DNA of 54,144 bases, the filler included, from Sphacelaria rigidula (Eukaryota), in NCBI GenBank assembly GCA_964200075.2. It is 5 parts of 5 records of this genome, joined end to end, with 100 filler letters (N's around TTAATTAATTAA, not from the genome) between each part and the next. Parts side by side here need not be neighbours in the genome. Positions count along the whole stretch, not along the records: positions 43,398 to 54,144 come from CAXNAA020005979.1; 4 more parts are not named here. The stretch is one strand, 5' to 3'. This document shows positions 48,037 to 54,144 of this stretch, one piece after another (positions within the stretch are counted from its first letter, which is position 1; every line of letters begins with the position of its first letter). A program made the position numbers and the translations under genes. The notes beneath the pieces were generated by a model. The model saw only the letters and a list, made by a program, of their open reading frames with translations. It did not search any database and had not been told where the DNA came from.

Positions 48037-48146
48037 CTGATCGCACAGCTCGGGCGGGGCAGACGAAGAGCGGCGGGCCGAATGTGCATCTTGGCCATGG
48101 TATTTCTCACCAGTCACGTAACCGTCACCGTCAGCAAAACACTCAC

Positions 48147-48279
48147 CGTTTCTTGTGTCTGCGGCATCCGGCTAGCGATCGAACACGGGGCGCAAGTAGC
48201 CAAAGCAGAAATATGGTCGGAAGCAATTGGTGATGAATCTGACTCGACAGCGCTCTTGATTGATTTTTTTGTGGTGTAG
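48147..48279 (-). CDS. Exon (YTTKKSIKSAVESDSSPIASDH..PQTQET), same gene
   Basis: CTGAC..CCAG acceptor and GTGAGT phase-0 donor matching the next exon. Confidence 0.55.
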
Positions 48280-50055
48280 CTGGTACGAAATGGTCAGAGT
48301 ACGAATCTCCGCAAATACGGTTTGTATATGAGAACACCGATTGTGGCCCACAATATGGCCCACATCGGTGAAGCTCGAATCAGGATGTCGAGGTGGGAGA
48401 ACGATTTTCGATCGATTTTCTCCCATTTGGGCTCCAAATGGGGGAGAATTCAGCCCCCCCCCCCTCCAATCTGTGGGAAGGTGACGTACGTACAGTGATG
48501 TACGGTGATAGGGCAAGAGGTATTCAGTGTTCTCGAAACCGCAGCAGCAGACAGTCTCGTGCCGGCACAGACCGTGCCGACCCGCACCAGGTGCTGGAGC
48601 AGCTTCGTAGCACCGGTAGCGCGCACAAGGTTTGACAAGCGGATGAGAACGCCGCCCTGCGGCGATGGTAAAATACTGCAATGCACAGTGCCGTATGTAT
48701 CACCGTAACGAACGGTGCTGTACTATCCTACTACTGCCGGTTGTCGTTGTACGCGCAGCGTCATGTACGGCACTGCACTCGTACTGCGTGGCTCTCATAC
48801 CGTGTTCTCACAATACTCACTCCATCATGTATTACCGGGCGGCATTGTCGTGTACTGTGGTGGACTGTACTGACTGCGTTGTACCGTAGGGTACCAAGAT
48901 ACGACGCTGTTCTGTACGGGTGATTCACGGCCTGCCTGTTCCTCGGCTTCGCAATCATGTATGTAGGTGTGTGCGATATCACAACCGCGCAGAAAATGAC
49001 CCTCCGTGTAGAGAACTATTTCAACAAATATGTGACGTCATTGTGGGGCCCCTGCAAATCTGACTTTCGCAGATGCGAGTCACCCCAAGTTTACACATTT
49101 TGGGGTCTCTGCAGATTCGAGAGTTGTTCCCGTAAGGGCCCATCTTACTGAAGAGGATTTTCCGCTTTTTCACAATCCCCTTTGTACAGGAGATTGATCC
49201 CATAACGCCAAGTCCTCAGTCCCATCGTGAAGCAGTTTTGAACAGATTGGACCCCAGATCTACATGCAGGTTCAGAAACGCGGCGGGTCTAGAAGTGGTG
49301 GTTAGTCCAAGGTCTGTGTAATGCTGGAGACAAGACGCAACAAGGCAACACAACACCTTCACACCAAGCCCCGGAGAACACGCACAGATATCCGCCACTC
49401 ACGCGCATTAGTTTCACTGCTATCCCTTGCCAATTTACACAAGGCAGTCTGTTTGACGAAAATCCGTGCTGTTTCGGACCAATGGCGGCAGCGTGCGTGT
49501 CAAAAACAACCGAAAACGTCGTTGCTGGTATTTGGAAGCGTGTGCTGCGCGCGCGTGTCACACAAATCATCATACTTCAATGAATTCTGACTAGATTTAA
49601 GCAAGGTCGCGCACAACGCGCATAGCTGATGAGCAGCTACGGCTCGAGCAGGGTGTTCTTGGTTTGTGGGGCCACCAAATTCTCCGAGTTCAGCTGATTG
49701 TGTTGGGATGTGCGGTAAGCCTTTGCATGTGCCCCCGTCAACGGGACATGTGTTTCCTCTTCGAGGTGCACAGAAATACCCTTGTCAAAAGGGGATTTCA
49801 GCAAGTGTTTTCCTGAATCCCCTCAAAAAAGTGATTTCTGTGCACGTTGAGGGGATTTTTTTCCTGGTGGGGGGGTTGGGGTATCGCAGCGACTAATCAG
49901 CGGTCGTTTCTCAAAAAGGGTTTTTTTAAAGGGGATAGTCCCCTTCGTCAATCCCTTCGCCACGAGGGTATATCACCTCCTGAAGCAGCGTCAATTTCAC
50001 TTGAAAAAGTACGCGTGATCTAGATGGACTATCCGCATCGTGGTTTGAGGGTTAA

Positions 50056-50642
50056 CCCTTAGACCGCGAGGGTAGTCCATCTAGATCATGCATACCTTCT
50101 TGAAGTGAAGTTTGATGCCGATTCAACAGATGGTCTACTCTCGCGGTCTAAGGGTTGAGAAGGGCCCCAAGAAATGGTTCTAGTACCTGATTTTCGTCCT
50201 TTGCAAAGAGAGGATGTGAGTAGCGGAGGAAAAATTGACGGAAATTCACCCGGTGCGGGAGTGCCGATCCACTCGGCGATATAGTACCATAATGTCATGA
50301 TTTGAACCGGTGTAGTATGGAATGATTCCCAAAAATTACCGACTCGTCCAGAGGAATAAGGAGAGAAGTTTTGAGGCAAGACAGAGACGATAAAATACAC
50401 TTTTTTTTACAGTAAAATATTTTAAAGTTTTGCTCTACCATAGGCGCACCTCTGCAGTGGGTACTTTGGGTCACGAAGCCTCGTGTAACAACAATCAATT
50501 TCTCAACAATGTCATGTCGTTGCCCGTTCAGTTCATTTTTCAACTCCCGAGACCGCGACGTTGGTCTTCTGTTGAATCGGCATCAATTCCAAGTGAAGAA
50601 AAGTATCCATGATCCAGAAAGACTAATCTCGCGGTCTAAGGG
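50056..50642. mobile_element. piggyBac-type MITE (587 bp), inserted next to the right end of an older related copy (~49985-50051)
   Basis: TTAA|CCCTTAGACCGCGAG ... CTCGCGGTCTAAGGG|TTAA; ~100-bp compound TIRs. Confidence 0.9.
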
Positions 50643-51642
50643 TTAACCGCGATCACGAAAGTATCGACTGCAGTGGGCTCCGCTATCGAGCAATGCCCTG
50701 GGCATTCATGGACTCCGAATGGCCAACATGTACTCCACATGCACTGGGTCAAGACAGCGGAGTATTGTACACAATTACGTCAACGTATTCCGTCCATTCG
50801 TTCGACACTGAGATGCTCATCATCAACGTGCGGGCAGTTTCACGTGATCCCAGCGTGCCGATACGAAAAAAAGTTCCAACTGCACACTGACAGGGCGATT
50901 CGAGCTCTCGCCAACGCACGCGCTGCTAGCGCACGCTACACCCGGGACACCACCCTGTGGACCTCCCCCCTGCTCGATTCCGAAAGGGATGCATGGTCAG
51001 CGGTCGAATGACTACGGCAAGCAACTAATGAGTAAGCCCCCCCGCCCCCCTGCTTCTCGAGGTTTGGTTTCGGGGTGCGAGTTTCGGTTACAGGCCGCTT
51101 CGAGGAGATTCCATGAACTTTCCGGCAGCCATTACTTACGCCGTTTTCAAGAGTTGGGACAAAAAAAATGGCACATATGTTTCCTGGAGGTAAGCCAAAG
51201 GTCGACAGTAACGGCGCTTTCAATGCACGTCAGCGATTGACCATTTCATGGCAAATTCGCCAGATTTTTCCTCACTCATGCTGTATCTGTGTGTAATAGA
51301 AACGAGAGCCTCGCAGCGCGAAATCTCAAGGATTCAGGGGGCGCGAACGACGGTCATCACGTGACCACGCTCCCTGCACTCTGAAGGTGTATCGATAAAC
51401 AGCAAGTGTATCACGGAAGGAACGTGGGTGTGGGCTTGCAACCCGCGTGGTTCCGATAAATCTGTCGGGGCAGAGTTTTCACGCGAGATTTTTCTTTCCG
51501 CATAAGGCGATCCTAGGTACAGTACGAAATTCCCTGCAACAAACCACCAGGGACACACAGTACATACATTGATATTTTTGCTCGAACGTCACAAGAGGGA
51601 AATAACCCAGCCGTCGGACGCGTAGAAACACGAAACACGTAC

Positions 51643-53635
51643 CTGTCCCGCGCGAACATTTCCGGAGGCCTCGGTGTTACTCCCCGACGACCCGCAGCGC
51701 CGTTTCTTCAGCGGACGCGCGCGATCTTCGCTGGGGGAACGGCTCCGTCCATCTATTTCTGCCGACGCCCGGCCCGACTTCCGTGCGTCGGGAATTACTT
51801 GGGAAATAGCAGGCAGACACCCACTGCCGCGGTACGGCGCAGTAGAGTTCAAAGACTCGCCGGTCGCAGGTCTTTTCGGGGCGGCCGGGATCAAAGCCGA
51901 CGACGTCCCGGGAGCGGCGGCAGAGAACGTGGGCCCTTCCGCCGCTCTGTATGGCCTGTCGTGAAGATAGCTGGGAGAGGAGCGCCCACCGGTCTCCGGG
52001 ATACCGCGAGGGGCGGGGGACGCAGAAACCCGTCTCTCACTGCCACCGCCGCCGCCGCCGCTTCTGCTGCTGCCGCACGAGCTACGCATGGCCGCAAGGC
52101 GCATGTACCCCTGAGCAAGAAGTGCCCCATCGCCTGAATCAGGGGCCTCGGGGGCAGCAGCACGAGTGTCCCTGACGACACGAGCATCAGCAGCCGCGCT
52201 GCGTGGGTCCATGTTCATCGAACCTCGCGCGTCTAGGTGACGCCCGAATCTGGCATCGTGTTCTACAGCGGGCTGTGAAACATCGCCGTACCCACCGCCG
52301 CCGATGCTATTGCTGCTTTGGCGACCACTTGCGCCATGGAAATCCCGCCCAGTCATCAGAACGTCCTCGTGGCGAGGGTGGCGGGCTCCCACACCAACGC
52401 TTCCGGCGAAGGTTGCCCTCCCGAAGCGGTCACCATCGGCGTGCTCATTCATACCCCCTCTACGGACACGCTCCCACGCACCAACGCCCACAGCACGTTC
52501 GTCCACATCCCAAGGCGCTTCTCGATGTGGCGGCCCTTGCCCAACCCACAGGCCACCAACAGCCCGGCCCAAAGGATGACACTGGTGATCCCACCGCGTA
52601 GAGCTAGTCGCCGGGATTGTCTCCGGCACCATCGAGCGATCACGATCGTGCATATCTCGATCTGTACCGCTCCCCACAACCCCCAGGGCGGCCGGTCGTA
52701 CGCCCCCATCGGCCCCTCGCTGCACGCGCCATTGCGGCCTCGGGTTTTGTCCCCAGGTCGCCGCGCCGAGCACAGGGCTACCAGCGCCGTGAATTGGCTG
52801 CCATACCGACTCACGGCCCCAGCGCGGATGCTCGTTCAGCCTGTCGCTACCCCCGGCACCCCCACGACTACCCATCGTCTGGGGCAGCGGTGGTCTGCGC
52901 TCCCTTTCGCTTCCAGATTGTTGGCAATGATACGGCCCTGCCGCAGGTGACATACGCGAAGGGACACCGATGGAGAGCCCGTTGGCGTCGTGGCTGCTGC
53001 TTCCTGCAGTGGTGGTAGAGGATACGGATGCAGATCCTAACGAGCGCCCCGGCGCCCCCACGCCGTGGGGATGATGGCGACGCACCGCCAAGGACGGGGA
53101 TGGCGGAGTTGGCGAACAAGAACTTGGGGAGCGCGGTCGACCCACGGAGACAACGTCGCCATCTGTTGCGCCATCATCGCCACCACCCTCGCTGCGTTGA
53201 TAGCGGTGATGCTGATGATGCTGCTGCTGCTGCTGCTGCCGCTGGGGCGGCATCACAGCCGGCGGCGACACGTTGTTACTGCCGCCGACATCGTTGGCAC
53301 CATCCCTCTTGCTGTCCCGGCGCCGACTGCGGAAGTGACGAATCTGCAGCTTGGACCCCAGACTTTCGTCGCGATGCATGCCCAGCGCTTCAACCTCTTC
53401 TTCAGTCAGGGTTGAGGCATCGAAACGGGTGCTATTACGCAGGCCGCGGCGGATGATTGTGTCAAAGAACGGCGTCCTCTCGAACTTACCATCCGACGGC
53501 CGGATCAAAACTTTGGCCTCCTCCCACCCGCACTCGTAAAAAGCCTTGCGCGCGCGAGACGCACTTTGTAGAATTTGGGCCGTGAAGTCCATCCTCTCAA
53601 ACTGCGCTGGGTGTCGCGTTACGAGCCATCGATAA
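51643..53635 (-). CDS. ~2-kb internal exon of a large unidentified protein (ordered-looking N-terminal ~90 aa, then Gly/Ser/Arg/Pro-rich disorder with a poly-Q/H run and a PLKKRR NLS-like motif)
   Basis: 664-codon GC-rich open frame. A CCAG acceptor adds YRWLVTRHPAQFER before the listed Met, and the donor is CAG|GTACGT. Probably the same gene as 45542-48279, but the connecting exon(s) are unresolved. Confidence 0.82.
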
Positions 53636-54144
53636 CTGGTAGTGTTTCAAGGTAGAGGCCGGGTGCGAGGTGCGGGGAAACGGGGTTGGGCCGCTTCATG
53701 TCTGTACTACGACGGGGGTATGCATCGCACAGCAGAACCATTCACGTCAACTTTACGAGGAAGGAGTGTAAAATTGTAAGTTGAGGCGTGGGGTATGAAA
53801 GGATGTACACGAGACATGGGTATAATAACATTGATGACATTCACAGAGAAAAAGCTGCACGTCTTCAGGCCGCTTCTTCTGGTCCCCCCCTCCGCCAAAA
53901 ACTAATCTGCTGCACAACCGCCCAATGGTTCCTTCTGCGTCGTTTTACATGCGAAAAGGGCTGGAAGGATTTTCACACCTTACAATCATTTGTACTCTCA
54001 TTTTCACGTTTCGTGAGAATGGTGTCGCGTGAGGACGAAGGGTTAGGGGGGCGACTGCAGTGATACCTTTCCACTACGAGCTGGGCCAGCCTAGAAACGG
54101 ATTTAAGCTCTAACAGCAATATCTCATCGACACAGACGAGTTGG

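Noticed and set aside
45364-53539. Long plus-strand ORFs antisense to the two big exons
   Set aside because: These are shadow ORFs of GC-rich coding sequence, with no splice or homology support.

Overview
Eukaryotic, intron-rich, repeat-rich genomic DNA. The gene and repeat style suggests a stramenopile, probably a brown alga (inference). The window is not one locus: four identical 100-nt linkers (44 N + TTAATTAATTAA + 44 N) separate five segments of 10750, 10750, 10749, 10748 and 10747 bp, i.e. length-sorted unlinked contigs. Contig 1 (1-10750) holds six phase-compatible minus-strand exons of a protein with two tandem EDR2 C-terminal (DUF1336)-like domains. Contig 2 (10851-21600) holds a hAT-like element with 42-bp palindromic arrays and a 166-nt hairpin, plus a cryptic, spliced, decayed protein-kinase gene. 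Two introns of that kinase each carry a ~1.1-kb foldback element, and these are themselves invaded by short MITEs with the same termini and a TTAGGG-like tract. Contig 3 (21701-32449) holds exon 1 of a 26S proteasome RPN9/PSMD13-like gene; its first intron contains a degenerate APE-RT LINE whose N-terminus carries two PAM2-like motifs. Contig 4 (32550-43297) holds five exons of a MAPKKK-type kinase. Contig 5 (43398-54144) holds large low-complexity minus-strand exons of an unidentified gene and a piggyBac-type MITE. Most entries in the six-frame ORF track are spurious. All calls are from reading the sequence by eye; no database search was run.
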